Positions 1-11,867 are shown, numbered from the stretch's first letter. The stretch is 64,000 nucleotides of DNA from Thermomicrobiales bacterium (GCA_050696075.1 JBOGUF010000216.1:54165-118164), one strand, 5' to 3'. Numbers and translations are program-made. The notes: generated by a model not told the origin, from the sequence alone.

Positions 1-188
1 ACTACGTGCGGGCATGGGTGGAGCGGACCGCGGAGGGATATTCAGTGCGGCCTGCAGGCGATCAAGGAGCTGGGGTCTTGACCTCGCTGGCGCGGGCGAA
101 CGGGCTTCTGGTCGTTCCGGAAGCGATCGAGTCGGCCACACCTGGCATGCAACTACCCGTCCAGATGATTGACTGGCGAGTTGACTGA
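1..188 (+). CDS. moeA: Molybdopterin molybdenumtransferase MoeA, C-terminal fragment (5' end outside window)
   Basis: Open frame runs from the window edge to TGA at 186-188. The tail ...RPAGDQGAGVLTSLARANGLLVVPEAIE...G..V resembles the MoeA C-terminal domain (DQGSH.L.SLA.AN.L..LPE). mobA lies 11 kb downstream. Confidence 0.55.
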   Translation, partial: YVRAWVERTAEGYSVRPAGDQGAGVLTSLARANGLLVVPEAIESATPGMQLPVQMIDWRVD

Positions 189-201
189 GTCCGAAGGAGT
201 G

Positions 202-1149
202 ATGATGCCGTCCTTGCGCGGAACGCCAATGAGGGGTCTGGGAGCGATCGGGACTGTTCGCAGTTTTGCGAATGTCCTACGTGAGCTCAGCTTCGATGAG
301 ATCCGGGACGAGGCGTTACGGACTCCCCGCCTCTTGATTCTTACTCCCGATGAGCAATCCGCGGCGGACCTCGTACGCGGTTTGACCGGCACGGAGTTTC
401 CGACCGGCGTCGTCTTTCATCCCATAAGTGAGCACATTGCCGATCCTGATTCCTACGACGCGATAGTGATCGATGATCCATCAGGCCAGGGCGCCGCCCG
501 CCGGCTGCGCGAACGTTTGGGCGGCGGCGGCCGCACGGCGATTGTCGAACTTGCATCGGGCAATAGCGATTCGGCGGAGCAGCTTGCTCGGACTCGAGAA
601 GCGATCATCTCGCGCAATCTTGACCGGGCGCCGGCGATCGCGCGTGCCTACCCGGCCTTCCGCGACGCGGCGGTAAAGAAGCTGATCGACGAAGCCGCGA
701 TTGCCAATGCTCAGTTTGCGCTGGTCTCGAACATCCCGGCCGTGATTCCAATTGTCGGCTCGCTGGCCGCGGCCGGTGCGGACTTCCTGATCCTGACGAA
801 GAACCAGCTCATGCTGATCTACAAGGTTGCGGCGACGCATGACCGAGATCTCAGCGATCAGATGGCGATCATGCGGGAAATGGTGCCGGTGGTCGGAGCG
901 GGTCTGCTCTGGCGCACGGTGGCGCGGGAAACGGCCTCTTTCTTCCCGTTCCTGGCCGGTACGGTGCCGAAGGTGGTCATTGCCTTCACCGGCACGGTTG
1001 CGGCCGGCCGCGGGATGGATTTCTATTACCGCCAGGGTCGAAAACCGAGCCGGGAGCAGATGCGGAAGTACTACGTGCAAGCCGTAGAGTCCGCGCGCAG
1101 CCTCCCCATTCTCCGCGCCGGTAAGAACGGGCGCGATCCGGAAGCTTAA
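202..1149 (+). CDS. DUF697-like membrane-associated protein of unknown function
   Basis: The C-terminal half ([39 protein letters not shown]...[22 protein letters not shown]) follows the DUF697/YcjF-type pattern. Start trimmed to the ATG pair at 202/205, just after GAAGGAG (194-199). Confidence 0.6.
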   Translation: MMPSLRGTPMRGLGAIGTVRSFANVLRELSFDEIRDEALRTPRLLILTPDEQSAADLVRGLTGTEFPTGVVFHPISEHIADPDSYDAIVIDDPSGQGAARRLRERLGGGGRTAIVELASGNSDSAEQLARTREAIISRNLDRAPAIARAYPAFRDAAVKKLIDEAAIANAQFALVSNIPAVIPIVGSLAAAGADFLILTKNQLMLIYKVAATHDRDLSDQMAIMREMVPVVGAGLLWRTVARETASFFPFLAGTVPKVVIAFTGTVAAGRGMDFYYRQGRKPSREQMRKYYVQAVESARSLPILRAGKNGRDPEA

Positions 1150-2642
1150 TCCCGACGCGCCCACGAGCGGCTTCGTGCGACGGCCTCCCGCCAGCGGTCG
1201 TAACGATCACTTCGTTCACGTTCGTTAAGGTGAGGGTCGAAACGGCGATCTTCGATCCAATGACCGCGAATGTCCTCGGTTGAATTCCAGACGCCAGTGG
1301 CCAGGCCGGCGAGGTAGGCCGCGCCCAGCGCGGTCGTTTCAGTTGTCCGCGGTCGGACGACCGGCACGCCCAGGACGTCGGCCTGGATCTGCATCAGCAG
1401 ATCGTTCGCCGCCGCGCCGCCATCCACCCGCAACTCGGTGAGCTCGACGCCGGAGTCTGCCCGCATCGCGTCGACGACGTCGCGGGTTTGGAACGCGATC
1501 GCCTCCAGCGTGGCGCGGGCGATGTGCGCCGCTGTCGTGCCGCGGGTGATGCCGACGATGGCGCCGCGGGCATCCTGGTCCCAATGGGGCGCGCCGAGAC
1601 CGCTCAAGGCGGGGACGAAGACGACGTCACCGCTATCATCGACTGCATTGGCTAGGGCTTCGGCGTCGGCGACGTGCTCGATGATACCGAGTCCGTCCCG
1701 CAGCCACTGGACCGCCGCGCCGGTGACAAATATGGCGCCTTCGAGAGCGTAGGAAACCGCGCCGTCCAAGCCCCAGGCGATTGTGGTCAGGAGGCGGTGC
1801 CGGGACGGAACGGGCGTAGCGCCAGTTTGCAGGAGCAAGAAGGAACCGGTGCCGTAGGTGTTCTTCGCTTCGCCGGCATCGAAACAGGCTTGGCCGAAGA
1901 GCGCGGCCTGTTGATCACCGGCTACTCCGGCTACCGGCAGCGTCGCGCCGAATAGGCCGGCGTCGGCTTCGAAGTGGACGACGCTATTCGGGACCACGGC
2001 GGGTAGCAGGCTTCGGGGAATGTTGAGGTCCGACAGCAGCTCGTTCGACCAGTTGAGCGTGCGTAGATCAAACAGCATCGTGCGCGAGGCGTTGGCATAA
2101 TCGGTGACGTGGCGTTGCCCGCCCGAGAGGTTCCACATCAGCCACGAGTCGACCGTGCCGAAGCGAAGCTCGCCCGCGTCGGCCCGCTGTCGCAGCGCGT
2201 CGTCATGGTCCAGTAACCAGGCAATCTTAGTCGCGGAGAAGTACGCGTCGGGCACCAATCCTGTGATGCGCTGATAGATCTCGGCCATGCCGCGGCCCAC
2301 GATCTGATCGACGAGGGCAGCGGATTGACGGCTTTGCCAGACAATCGCCGGAGCGACTGGCTCGCCGGACTCTGCATCCCAAAGGAGCGTCGTCTCGCGC
2401 TGGTTGGCGATTCCGATGGCGGCGAGCCGTCGTGAGCTATCGCCGAGTTGCTGAATGGCCTCGACGGCGACACGACGGGTCACGTCCCAGATCTCGCGAC
2501 CGTCCTGGTTGACCCAGCCCGGGTGGGGATAGTGTTGGGTAATGGGTGCTTGGGCGACGCCGATTACGCGGCCATGCTGATCGAAGACGATCGCTCGGCT
2601 GGACGTTGTGCCTTGGTCGATGGACAACACCAGACGATCCAC
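1146..2642 (-). CDS. glpK: Glycerol kinase
   Basis: 498-aa FGGY kinase. N-terminal [27 protein letters not shown], and typical GlpK length and C-terminus. Confidence 0.95.
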   Translation of the reverse strand: MDRLVLSIDQGTTSSRAIVFDQHGRVIGVAQAPITQHYPHPGWVNQDGREIWDVTRRVAVEAIQQLGDSSRRLAAIGIANQRETTLLWDAESGEPVAPAIVWQSRQSAALVDQIVGRGMAEIYQRITGLVPDAYFSATKIAWLLDHDDALRQRADAGELRFGTVDSWLMWNLSGGQRHVTDYANASRTMLFDLRTLNWSNELLSDLNIPRSLLPAVVPNSVVHFEADAGLFGATLPVAGVAGDQQAALFGQACFDAGEAKNTYGTGSFLLLQTGATPVPSRHRLLTTIAWGLDGAVSYALEGAIFVTGAAVQWLRDGLGIIEHVADAEALANAVDDSGDVVFVPALSGLGAPHWDQDARGAIVGITRGTTAAHIARATLEAIAFQTRDVVDAMRADSGVELTELRVDGGAAANDLLMQIQADVLGVPVVRPRTTETTALGAAYLAGLATGVWNSTEDIRGHWIEDRRFDPHLNERERSDRYDRWREAVARSRSWARRD

Positions 2643-2707
2643 GATGAACTCCTTAACGCGTGGCTCGCGCGTTCCTCGCTTGCAGCGTCTGCCATATGAA
2701 GGTCAGG

Positions 2708-4078
2708 TCACAGTCCGAACGCGGCCAAGCGCTTGCGCAACTCATTGACGGTGAAGCCGAGGAGCGAAGCGGCGGCAACGCGGTCGCCATCGGTCTGCGA
2801 GATCGCTTCCGACAGCGCCAAGCGTTCGACGTCGTGGAGGAGATCTTCGAGCTTGGTGCCCCGGCGAATACGCTGAGCAACGTCGACGAAGCGGCGATTG
2901 TCGGTCCCGGAGAAGGAGATGTGGTCCTCGGTGATGACGCCGCCTCCGGACAGCACCGCCGCGCGCTCCATGATGTTTTCGAGCTCCCGCACATTGCCCG
3001 GCCACTCGTAGTCGGTCAGCATGTGCATCGCGCCCTGACTCAGCTTGGCCGGACCCGAACCGGGCAAATAGCGGTGCTTGTGCAGGAAGTGCTCGACGAG
3101 GAGCGGGATGTCGTCGCGGCGCTCGCGCAGTGGCGGCAGATGGATCGAGATGACGTTGAGCCGGTAGTAGAGGTCTTCGCGGAATCTCCCTTCCTCGGTC
3201 TCTTGGGTCAACACTTTGTTGGTTGCGGCGATCACTCGGACGTCGACCTTGACCGAGACCGAGCCGCCAACTCGTTCGAACTCCCGCTCTTGCAGGACGC
3301 GTAGAAGTTTTTTCTGAGTGGAGAGGGTCATCTCGCCCACTTCGTCGAGGAAGATGGTCCCCTTGTTGGCCATCTCGAACCGGCCTTTGCGCTGCGCCAG
3401 CGCTCCGGTGAAGGACCCTTTTTCGTGGCCGAAGAGTTCGCTTTCGAGCAGGGTTTCGGGAAGGGCGGCGCAGTTGACTTTGATCAGCGGGCCGCGGGCG
3501 TAGCTCGACCTGTTGTGGAGGATGGACGCGACCAGTTCTTTGCCGGTGCCGGTTTCGCCGCTGACCAGTACCGTCGCATCTGATCCCGCGACGCGCCCGA
3601 TGGTCTTGTAGACCTCTTGCATGACCTGACTGTTGCCGACCATTACTTCGCTCGGGTCGCGCTCGCCTAGGCGGCTCGAGAGTTCGAGCACTTGGTCGCT
3701 CAGGGTTTGGCGATCGAAGAATCGTTGGACGGTGAGGAGCACGTCTTCGAGGTCGAACGGTTTGGTGATGTAGTCGTAGGCGCCGTGCTGCATCGCCTCG
3801 ATAGCGACGTTCGGCGTGCCGAAAGCGGTCATGATGATGATCGGCAATTGTTCGCCGCGCCCGGAACGGGCCGCGCGTAAGACCTCCAGTCCGGTTTGTT
3901 CGGGCATCCGGACGTCCATGATGACGAGGTCCGGGCGTTGCTCGGCGCCATTTTGCAAGGCAGAGAGAACCTGCGGGCCGTTTTCCGCCTCGTCGATGTC
4001 GTACCCTTCGTCCTGGAGCAGATCGCGCAAGACGCCGCGAATCGACGCATCGTCGTCGGCGATGAGGATTCGCTGCAT
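2708..4078 (-). CDS. Sigma-54-dependent response regulator (NtrC/Fis family enhancer-binding protein)
   Basis: Trimmed to the ATG at 4078 (MQRILIADDD...). REC domain (DLVIMDVRMP). AAA+ sigma-54 interaction module (GETGTGKE, ESELFGHEKGSFTGA as a GAFTGA-loop variant). C-terminal Fis-type HTH. Confidence 0.9.
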   Translation of the reverse strand: MQRILIADDDASIRGVLRDLLQDEGYDIDEAENGPQVLSALQNGAEQRPDLVIMDVRMPEQTGLEVLRAARSGRGEQLPIIIMTAFGTPNVAIEAMQHGAYDYITKPFDLEDVLLTVQRFFDRQTLSDQVLELSSRLGERDPSEVMVGNSQVMQEVYKTIGRVAGSDATVLVSGETGTGKELVASILHNRSSYARGPLIKVNCAALPETLLESELFGHEKGSFTGALAQRKGRFEMANKGTIFLDEVGEMTLSTQKKLLRVLQEREFERVGGSVSVKVDVRVIAATNKVLTQETEEGRFREDLYYRLNVISIHLPPLRERRDDIPLLVEHFLHKHRYLPGSGPAKLSQGAMHMLTDYEWPGNVRELENIMERAAVLSGGGVITEDHISFSGTDNRRFVDVAQRIRRGTKLEDLLHDVERLALSEAISQTDGDRVAAASLLGFTVNELRKRLAAFGL

Positions 4079-4232
4079 AGAACCAGACGTCCTTTCGGGC
4101 AAACGGGTGCGGGAATACCGCGAATTCAGGCGTGATTTCGCCTCGTGATAGCAGGTAGAGTATACACAGGGGCTTGATTCGAGTACGTCTTCAATCGACT
4201 GGATTCGGCATGGCGCGACCCACCGGCGGGAT

Positions 4233-5918
4233 GTGAGCATGGCATCTGAACGGATCGTTCTGATCGGATTCAGTGGCACCGGCAAAAGCACGGTGGCACG
4301 GCTCCTCGCGGATCGTCTTGGGTGGTCAATCGTCGACACTGACGACGAGATTGTCCGGGAGGTCGGGCAGGACATTCCCGCAATCTTTGCGGATCTGGGG
4401 GAGCCGGCGTTTCGGGCAATCGAGCGACGGCATCTGCTTGCCGCGGTTGCACGCAAGCGCGTCGTGGTGGCCACGGGCGGTGGCGCGGTCGTCGATCCGG
4501 TCGTTTGGGATCACAACCTTCTCGGAGCGAACGATACGCTGGTCGTTGCGCTCGACGCGGCGCCTGAAACGACGCTTGCGAGGTTGCGCGAGCAAGAGTC
4601 CCAGGACGGTGCGGCGGTCTCTCGCCCTTTGCTGCAAGGCGACGATCCTCAGGCTCGGATCGCTTCGTTGAAGGCACGACGCCAGCATGCTTACGATCGG
4701 GCCGACATTACGCTCATCGTCGATAGCGTTCCGTCGGCGCGGGTCGCTGAAGAGATCGAGTGTTTGCTTAGATCGGAGAGCAACCTGGAGCCGCCTCTGA
4801 CGCTCGACGCCCCTGGCGGAAGCTCAAAGATCTATATAGCGCCCGGTTTATCGTCGGCGATTGGTGATCTCATACGTCGCCGCTGGCCGACGACGAGGCG
4901 ATGTTGGGTCGTTACCGACGCGAATGTCAGCATGTTTCATCTTGAACCACTCGCGGATAAGTTGCGAGAAGTTGGACTAAGGGTGGAGAGCCGTGCGGTG
5001 CCGCCGGGTGAGCACAGCAAAAGCCTTACGGTAGTCGAATCGCTCTATGACTGGCTGCTCGATGCGGGCATCGAACGGTCGGACGTAGTGATCGCTCTGG
5101 GCGGCGGCGTTATCGGGGATTTGGCAGGATTCGTTGCCGCCACCTGTTTGCGCGGGGTTGGTCTCGTGCAGATGCCGACCAGTCTGTTGGCGATGGTCGA
5201 CAGCAGCGTCGGCGGCAAGACCGGAGTCAATCATCGGGCCGGCAAGAACCTCATCGGCGCCTTCTATCAGCCGCCGCTCGTCGTGGTCGATCCCGCGCTG
5301 CTCGGTACGCTGCCCAAGCGGGAGCTGGACTCGGGCTGGGCAGAAGTGCTGAAGCACGGCGTCATTCAGCCATCGACGCCCCAAGGTGAGTGCGGCGATC
5401 TTCTCAGTTTCTACGAGCGCAACGCCGAGCGCCTTATCCACCTCGGCGAACCGGCCCTGACCTACGCGATCCGCCGGAACGTCGCCCTCAAGGCCGCCGT
5501 GGTCGAGGCCGATGAACGCGAGTCAGGCATCCGTGCCTATCTCAATTTCGGCCATACCCTGGGACACGCGATCGAGGCGGCCGAGTACCGCTATTTGCAT
5601 GGCGAGGCGATTGCCGCCGGCATGCGTGCCGCCTTCCGCATCGGGCAGGAGTTGGGCACGGTGAATTCGGCGGCTGCCGACCGCATTGAAGCACTCATCG
5701 CGCGGTATGGTCTGCCGACCGAGGTCGAAGTCGATGAGGAGCGGGTCCTGAGCTTGGTCGGCAGTGACAAGAAACGGGCGGCGGGGAATATCCGTTGGGT
5801 GCTGCCGCTCGACGAGGGAGGTGTCACGATACGCGACAATGTTCCAGACGCGATCGTGCGCGCTGCCCTGGCGGTGGTCGCGCGGCGTAAGCCGGCCGTC
5901 AACGCTTTGCCAAGTTAG
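4233..5918 (+). CDS. aroKB: Bifunctional shikimate kinase / 3-dehydroquinate synthase (AroK-AroB fusion)
   Basis: N-terminal P-loop IGFSGTGKST with the shikimate kinase fold. Residues ~190-561 carry AroB motifs (GGGVIGDLAGFVAA, DSSVGGKTGVN, HGEAIAAGM). Start could be GTG 4233 or ATG 4239. Confidence 0.9.
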   Translation: MSMASERIVLIGFSGTGKSTVARLLADRLGWSIVDTDDEIVREVGQDIPAIFADLGEPAFRAIERRHLLAAVARKRVVVATGGGAVVDPVVWDHNLLGANDTLVVALDAAPETTLARLREQESQDGAAVSRPLLQGDDPQARIASLKARRQHAYDRADITLIVDSVPSARVAEEIECLLRSESNLEPPLTLDAPGGSSKIYIAPGLSSAIGDLIRRRWPTTRRCWVVTDANVSMFHLEPLADKLREVGLRVESRAVPPGEHSKSLTVVESLYDWLLDAGIERSDVVIALGGGVIGDLAGFVAATCLRGVGLVQMPTSLLAMVDSSVGGKTGVNHRAGKNLIGAFYQPPLVVVDPALLGTLPKRELDSGWAEVLKHGVIQPSTPQGECGDLLSFYERNAERLIHLGEPALTYAIRRNVALKAAVVEADERESGIRAYLNFGHTLGHAIEAAEYRYLHGEAIAAGMRAAFRIGQELGTVNSAAADRIEALIARYGLPTEVEVDEERVLSLVGSDKKRAAGNIRWVLPLDEGGVTIRDNVPDAIVRAALAVVARRKPAVNALPS

Positions 5919-5956
5919 CGCACCGGACGACTCGCGTGCTATCCTCACCATCGACC

Positions 5957-5982
5957 GCGCTGGCGTTCCGCCGGCGTCTTTT
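5957..5982 (+). terminator. Candidate intrinsic terminator after aroKB
   Basis: Hairpin CGCTGGCG-TTC-CGCCGGCG (one G-U pair) followed by TCTTTTT, 39 nt after the aroKB stop. Confidence 0.5.
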
Positions 5983-6015
5983 TGATGAATCGAACAAGGA
6001 GCTGTCGGTCCGAGC

Positions 6016-7029
6016 ATGCCTGTGCCCGCCACGACACACGGCGACCCGGATGTCGTTCTCAGCGCGTCCATCGCCTACGACTACATCATGTCTTTTCCGG
6101 GGTCGTTTAGCGACCACATTCTCCCGGAGAAAACCCACGTTCTGTCGTTGAGCTTCCTGGTCGATTCCTTACGCAGACTGCGAGGGGGAGTCGCCGGCAA
6201 TATTGCCTATAACCTGGCGCTGCTCGGCGTGAACTGCTCGCTCGTTGGAGCCGTCGGTTCGGACTTCGGGCCATACCGGTCGGCATTCAACGAACTCGGC
6301 ATCGACATGACTTACGTCGCTGACGCGCCGGACGAGTTGACCGCGTCCGCGTTCATGATGTCCGATCTGCGGAGCAATCAGATCGCTGCCTTTTACCCCG
6401 GCGCCTCGATCCACGCCACGGCCATTTCGATCTCAGAGGTGGCTCGGCGCTCGCCGTATGGCCTGGTGGGCGCGGCCGCGCCGGAAACGATGCGCCGCCA
6501 TGCGGCTGAGATCGCCGGCGCCGGCAGTCGGTTGATTTACGATCCGTCGCAGCAAGTCGTGGCGCTTTCGGCCGACGATCTGATCGCCGGCATCGACGAC
6601 GCGTGGGCGGTGATCGGCAACGACTACGAATACGCGATGATCGAGCAGAAAACCAGTCTCTCGGTGGACCTTCTGACCGAGAAGGTCGATTTGTTTGTCA
6701 TCACCTATGGCGAACAAGGTTCTGAGTTGCGGCAAGATGGACGCCGGGTGCGGGTGCCGGCGGCGAAGGCAAAGCGAGTCGAAGACCCGACGGGTGCGGG
6801 CGATGCGTATCGCGCGGGGCTGATCAAAGGACTGTTGCTCGGTGCTGACCTCGACATCACCGGCCGCATCGCTGGCCTGGCGGCAAGCTACGCGGTCGAG
6901 CACAAAGGCACCCAGGAACACGCCTTCACGCCGGAGGAGTTCGTCACTCGCTTCGACTCGGCCTTTCCGGATTGTGCGGGCGCTGTAGCGGTCGACCAGT
7001 TGCGGTCGATCGCCGCCGGAGTATCGTAG
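6016..7029 (+). CDS. PfkB-family carbohydrate kinase, adenosine kinase-like
   Basis: Ribokinase-fold motifs (GGVAGNIAYNLALLG, C-terminal DPTGAGDAYRAG). Sits immediately upstream of ahcY and metK, which fits adenosine salvage after SAH hydrolysis. Confidence 0.75.
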   Translation: MPVPATTHGDPDVVLSASIAYDYIMSFPGSFSDHILPEKTHVLSLSFLVDSLRRLRGGVAGNIAYNLALLGVNCSLVGAVGSDFGPYRSAFNELGIDMTYVADAPDELTASAFMMSDLRSNQIAAFYPGASIHATAISISEVARRSPYGLVGAAAPETMRRHAAEIAGAGSRLIYDPSQQVVALSADDLIAGIDDAWAVIGNDYEYAMIEQKTSLSVDLLTEKVDLFVITYGEQGSELRQDGRRVRVPAAKAKRVEDPTGAGDAYRAGLIKGLLLGADLDITGRIAGLAASYAVEHKGTQEHAFTPEEFVTRFDSAFPDCAGAVAVDQLRSIAAGVS

Positions 7030-7075
7030 TTGTCATGATCGTATGCCGCGGTCACGCGGACGGATAGCAGCGTAG

Positions 7076-8374
<1,299 letters not shown>

Positions 8375-8417
8375 CAGCCAGCCGTCGTGATCGCGGAACA
8401 GAGGTGACGCTGGGGGA

Positions 8418-9659
8418 ATGGGAGCGATGAGTTCGACGTTTGGCGCCGCGGAGCGGACGTACTTCACATCGGAGTCGGTGACCGAAGGGCATCCTGACAA
8501 GGTATGCGATCAGATATCGGATGCGGTGCTCGACGCCGTATTGGCCGAGGATCCCTTGGGTCGCGTTGCCTGCGAGACGGCGACGACCACGGGGATGGTC
8601 ATCGTCTTCGGCGAGATAACGACCAGCACGTACGTCGACGTGCAGTCGCTCGTGCGGGAAGTGATTCGCGACATCGGTTATACGAGTTCCGACCAGGGAT
8701 TTGACGCCGCGACCTGCGGCGTCGTGGTGTCGATCAAGGAACAAAGCGTCGAGATTGCCCAAGGGGTTTCCCACGCGCTCGAAACGCGTGGTGTCGCCAC
8801 TTCCGACATCTATGACCTGACCGGCGCCGGCGACCAGGGCATGATGATCGGCTTCGCCTGCCGGGAGACGCCGGAACTCATGCCGCTGCCCATCGCGCTT
8901 GCCCACGCGATCTGCCGCCAACTCTCCGTCGCGCGGCGAGCAGACGATTTGCCCTATTTGCGGCCCGACGGCAAGAGCCAAGTTACCGTCGAGTATCGAC
9001 GCGGTCAACCTTACCGCGTCGATACGGTTGTCGTTTCGACCCAACACGCGGCGACGGTCTCGAACGAAGTGATCCGCCGTGATGTCATCGATGAAGTTGT
9101 GCGCCGCGTTGTGCCGGCGGACCTGCTTGACGGCGATACGAAGTTTTTCGTCAATCCGAGCGGTCGATTCGTGCTCGGTGGACCGATGGCAGACGCTGGA
9201 CTGACCGGGCGCAAGATTATCGTCGATACCTACGGCGGGATGGCTCGTCACGGCGGTGGTGCTTTTTCCGGTAAGGATGCAACGAAGGTCGATCGCTCGG
9301 GTGCATATGCGGCGCGATACGTCGCCAAGAACGTCGTCGCGGCCGGATTAGCCGACCGGTTTGAACTGCAAGTGTCGTATGCGATTGGCGTTGCGCATCC
9401 GGTGTCGCTCTTCTGCGAGACCTTTGGCACCGGCCGGGTAGCGGATGACGTGATCGAGCGGCTGATTCGCGAGTACTTCGATTTGCGGCCGGCAGCGATC
9501 ATCGACACATTGGGACTTCGCCGCCCGATCTATCGCCAGACCGCGGCCTTCGGGCACTTTGGTCGCTCCGATCTCGATCTGCCGTGGGAACAGACCGACA
9601 AGGCGGACGCCTTGGCAGCCGCGGCGGGCATCACGCCGTTGGTCGCGGCGATCAGCTAA
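8418..9659 (+). CDS. metK: S-adenosylmethionine synthase
   Basis: [38 protein letters not shown]. Confidence 0.95.
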   Translation: MGAMSSTFGAAERTYFTSESVTEGHPDKVCDQISDAVLDAVLAEDPLGRVACETATTTGMVIVFGEITTSTYVDVQSLVREVIRDIGYTSSDQGFDAATCGVVVSIKEQSVEIAQGVSHALETRGVATSDIYDLTGAGDQGMMIGFACRETPELMPLPIALAHAICRQLSVARRADDLPYLRPDGKSQVTVEYRRGQPYRVDTVVVSTQHAATVSNEVIRRDVIDEVVRRVVPADLLDGDTKFFVNPSGRFVLGGPMADAGLTGRKIIVDTYGGMARHGGGAFSGKDATKVDRSGAYAARYVAKNVVAAGLADRFELQVSYAIGVAHPVSLFCETFGTGRVADDVIERLIREYFDLRPAAIIDTLGLRRPIYRQTAAFGHFGRSDLDLPWEQTDKADALAAAAGITPLVAAIS

Positions 9660-9684
9660 CGCCTAATCTGAGACGAACCAGATA

Positions 9685-9720
9685 CGCCGAGCTCCCATCG
9701 TGGGCTCGGCGTCTTGGTGT
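9685..9720 (+). terminator. Intrinsic terminator after metK
   Basis: CGCCGAGC...GCTCGGCG stem (extended by CCA/TGG across a small bulge), followed by a T-rich tail TCTTGGTGTT. Confidence 0.6.
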
Positions 9721-9978
9721 TCGCGGCACTATTCAGGTTTGTCTCTGTCTGTACCTTGAGAGCACGTGACGATACGACGCCATGCTACGGGGAACCAGTA
9801 TCTAGTCCCTTGCGGCACCGCTTCGACCGTGAGACGACCCCGCAATCCATCCAGCGCCGTCCAAACTGAGTGCGAAGCCGTATTGACGATGGGGCCTCGA
9901 GAGCCTGGGCAAGGAACGGAAGCTGGGGCTGTGCTATAACCGCGTGTGAGCGGAGCGGTTGCGAGGCAGGCGTTAGGC

Positions 9979-10353
9979 ATGAAATTGATCGTGGCGATCG
10001 TACAGGACTACGATTGCGACCGGTTGCTCCAGGCGGTTAGCGGCGCGGGACTAGGCGCAACCCGAATCGCCAGCACGGGGGGCTTCTTGCGTACCGGCAA
10101 CACGACCGTTTTGATGGGTGTCGACGATGATAGCGTGGAATCCTGCCTCGATCTTATCCGGGGCGCCTGTCAAGCACGGGTTGAACGCCCACCCGATGAG
10201 CTTGTCTTGGACCTCGTCGAGTGGGGATCCGCCGGAGTTGCCGAGGTGACCATCGGCGGCGCGGTCGTCTTTGTGGTGCGCGTCGGCCAGTTTGTCCGAC
10301 TAGACATTCCTGACCATCCGACAATGCGGGTCGACGCGGAGGGAGGAGGCTGA
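9979..10353 (+). CDS. darA: PII-like cyclic-di-AMP receptor (DarA/YaaQ family)
   Basis: MKLIVAIVQDYDCDRLL....TRIASTGGFLRTGNTTVLMGV....GGAVVFVV is collinear with B. subtilis YaaQ/DarA. Trimmed to ATG 9979. Confidence 0.85.
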   Translation: MKLIVAIVQDYDCDRLLQAVSGAGLGATRIASTGGFLRTGNTTVLMGVDDDSVESCLDLIRGACQARVERPPDELVLDLVEWGSAGVAEVTIGGAVVFVVRVGQFVRLDIPDHPTMRVDAEGGG

Positions 10354-10354
10354 C

Positions 10355-10606
10355 GTGCTCACGCGAAAGCCACTTGAGACGGCGCGGGCAGCACTGACGC
10401 TCTTGCCGCTGGCGATGGCCATCTTGGGTCAGTTGCCAACGGTCAGGCCGCGTGCGCCCCACGCGATCGTGCGGCCCTTTGAGGACGAACTCCAACCTAT
10501 GTACGACCCGCGTGAAGTCGTGCACGGGCGGATCGTGTTGACGCTCCCGTTCGACGCGGCTGATGAGCGGCCCCGCCCGCGCGCCACGAAGATATCGGCT
10601 AACTGA
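10355..10606 (+). CDS. Small hypothetical protein, translationally coupled to darA
   Basis: GTG start 2 nt after the darA stop, preceded by GGAGGGAGGAGG. Third codon positions are strongly G/C. Hydrophobic N-terminal segment. No recognisable family. Confidence 0.4.
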   Translation: MLTRKPLETARAALTLLPLAMAILGQLPTVRPRAPHAIVRPFEDELQPMYDPREVVHGRIVLTLPFDAADERPRPRATKISAN

Positions 10607-10645
10607 CGGGGTGGCGGCGAGGACGTCACCCGCGTCAATTTGGCG

Positions 10646-10921
10646 TCAGGATGCGGCGGCCAACTCGGCTCCATAGAACCGGGCATCGTCGGTGATCATG
10701 GCCGACAGCATCTGTTGCATGGCCATGACGTGGCTACAGGTGCCGACGACGTGGGTTTCGAAGGTGTGACAAGTGCAAGTCCAGACGCCATCGTCAAGAC
10801 GAACAGTGTAATCATCGTGTCCGCCACGGAAGGCCGCCTCAAAGTGTTGGAAACGGACGCGCTCCGGCTCGCGGGCATACCGATGCGCTTTTTCGATCTT
10901 GCCGATCATACTGGAGTTCAT
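10646..10921 (-). CDS. Small SWIM zinc-finger protein
   Basis: 91 aa with CTCHTFETHVVGTCSH, which matches the CxCxnCxH SWIM signature. Confidence 0.7.
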   Translation of the reverse strand: MNSSMIGKIEKAHRYAREPERVRFQHFEAAFRGGHDDYTVRLDDGVWTCTCHTFETHVVGTCSHVMAMQQMLSAMITDDARFYGAELAAAS

Positions 10922-11189
10922 GCGTCACTCCTTATCAGCAACCGTTTGCCGGTCAACAGACCTCGACGCTGGCGACGAATTCGACCTCCAGAAACGAATC
11001 AGCACCGCGATGCGCGAGCATCCGGTGCTGGATCGAGGGAGTATTCTTGGCAGTGAAACCGGCTCATGGCCGACGCCTCCGCGTTGCTGCCGTCGTGGGC
11101 CGTCGCCTGATCGAACCCTGTCTTGGTGACGGAGTATATCAACTTTGTGTGAATCGAGCTAGGCCCTCTTCGGTTGCCGCCGGCGTCGC

Positions 11190-11867
11190 TTGATCAGGTA
11201 CCTGCTGAAACGGAGGTGCATCATCGGTCGCATCGAGGAAACCCCACTGAGCGCCGCCATCCTCGCCGGTGGCAAGAGCAGCCGGATGGGAATGGACAAG
11301 GCGTTGCTGTCGCTTGGGCTTGAACAGCCGCCCTTACTTGAGCAGACGCGAGATCACGCCCGCGCAATTGCGGACGACGTGTTTGTCGTGGCGACGGATC
11401 GGCCGTCCTACGAGCGGTTCGGGATGCGCATCGTGCCAGACGCGTTTCCAGAAGGAGGAACGCTCGGTGCGATCGCGACAGCGCTGCGCCACGCGCGCTC
11501 AGACTACTGTCTGGTCCTCGCCTGTGACCTTCCGTTCCTCAATCTGGCGCTGCTCCGCTGGATGGTTCAATTCCCGCGCACGTACGACGTACTTGTGCCG
11601 AGGACGATCGGAGATAGCCGACAAGGCGCTGGACTGATCCACCATACGCTGCACGCCATCTACAGCCGTCGGTGTCAGCCCGCGATCGTCGACCAACTCG
11701 AATCCGGTCGGCGCCAGATCATCGGCTTTTTCGACAAAGTGCGAGTCCAGGCGATTGACGAGCCGGAACTCCGCCAGTTCGATCCAGATTTGCGATCCTT
11801 CTTCAACGCGAACACGCCTGAGGCGCTCGAACAAGCACGATTTTGGGCAGCGGAACTCGAAGCCTAG
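11190..11867 (+). CDS. mobA: Molybdenum cofactor guanylyltransferase
   Basis: AAILAGGKSSRMGMDKALL and LVLACDLPF motifs. Start uncertain (TTG at 11190 is the only in-frame candidate upstream of the motif). Confidence 0.8.
   Translation: MIRYLLKRRCIIGRIEETPLSAAILAGGKSSRMGMDKALLSLGLEQPPLLEQTRDHARAIADDVFVVATDRPSYERFGMRIVPDAFPEGGTLGAIATALRHARSDYCLVLACDLPFLNLALLRWMVQFPRTYDVLVPRTIGDSRQGAGLIHHTLHAIYSRRCQPAIVDQLESGRRQIIGFFDKVRVQAIDEPELRQFDPDLRSFFNANTPEALEQARFWAAELEA

Noticed and set aside
2708-4474. N-terminal extensions of track ORFs (for example the 588-aa version of the response regulator). The same issue affects pgk, tpiA, nusA, infB, rpsO, hup, plsX, the TPR protein, secG, coaBC, rodA, larE, ALDH, the SBPs and pfkB.
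   Set aside because: The extensions overlap upstream genes or divergent intergenic DNA and have Arg/Pro/Ser-rich non-protein-like composition. In each case an internal start preceded by a Shine-Dalgarno sequence reproduces the canonical family N-terminus.
9721-9978. A 260-nt spacer between the metK terminator and darA, considered for a c-di-AMP (ydaO-type) riboswitch or an sRNA.
   Set aside because: I could not recognise the ydaO/kimA-type pseudo-symmetric architecture or its conserved ACGR/GGGA motifs by eye. Only short local hairpins are present. Left unannotated.
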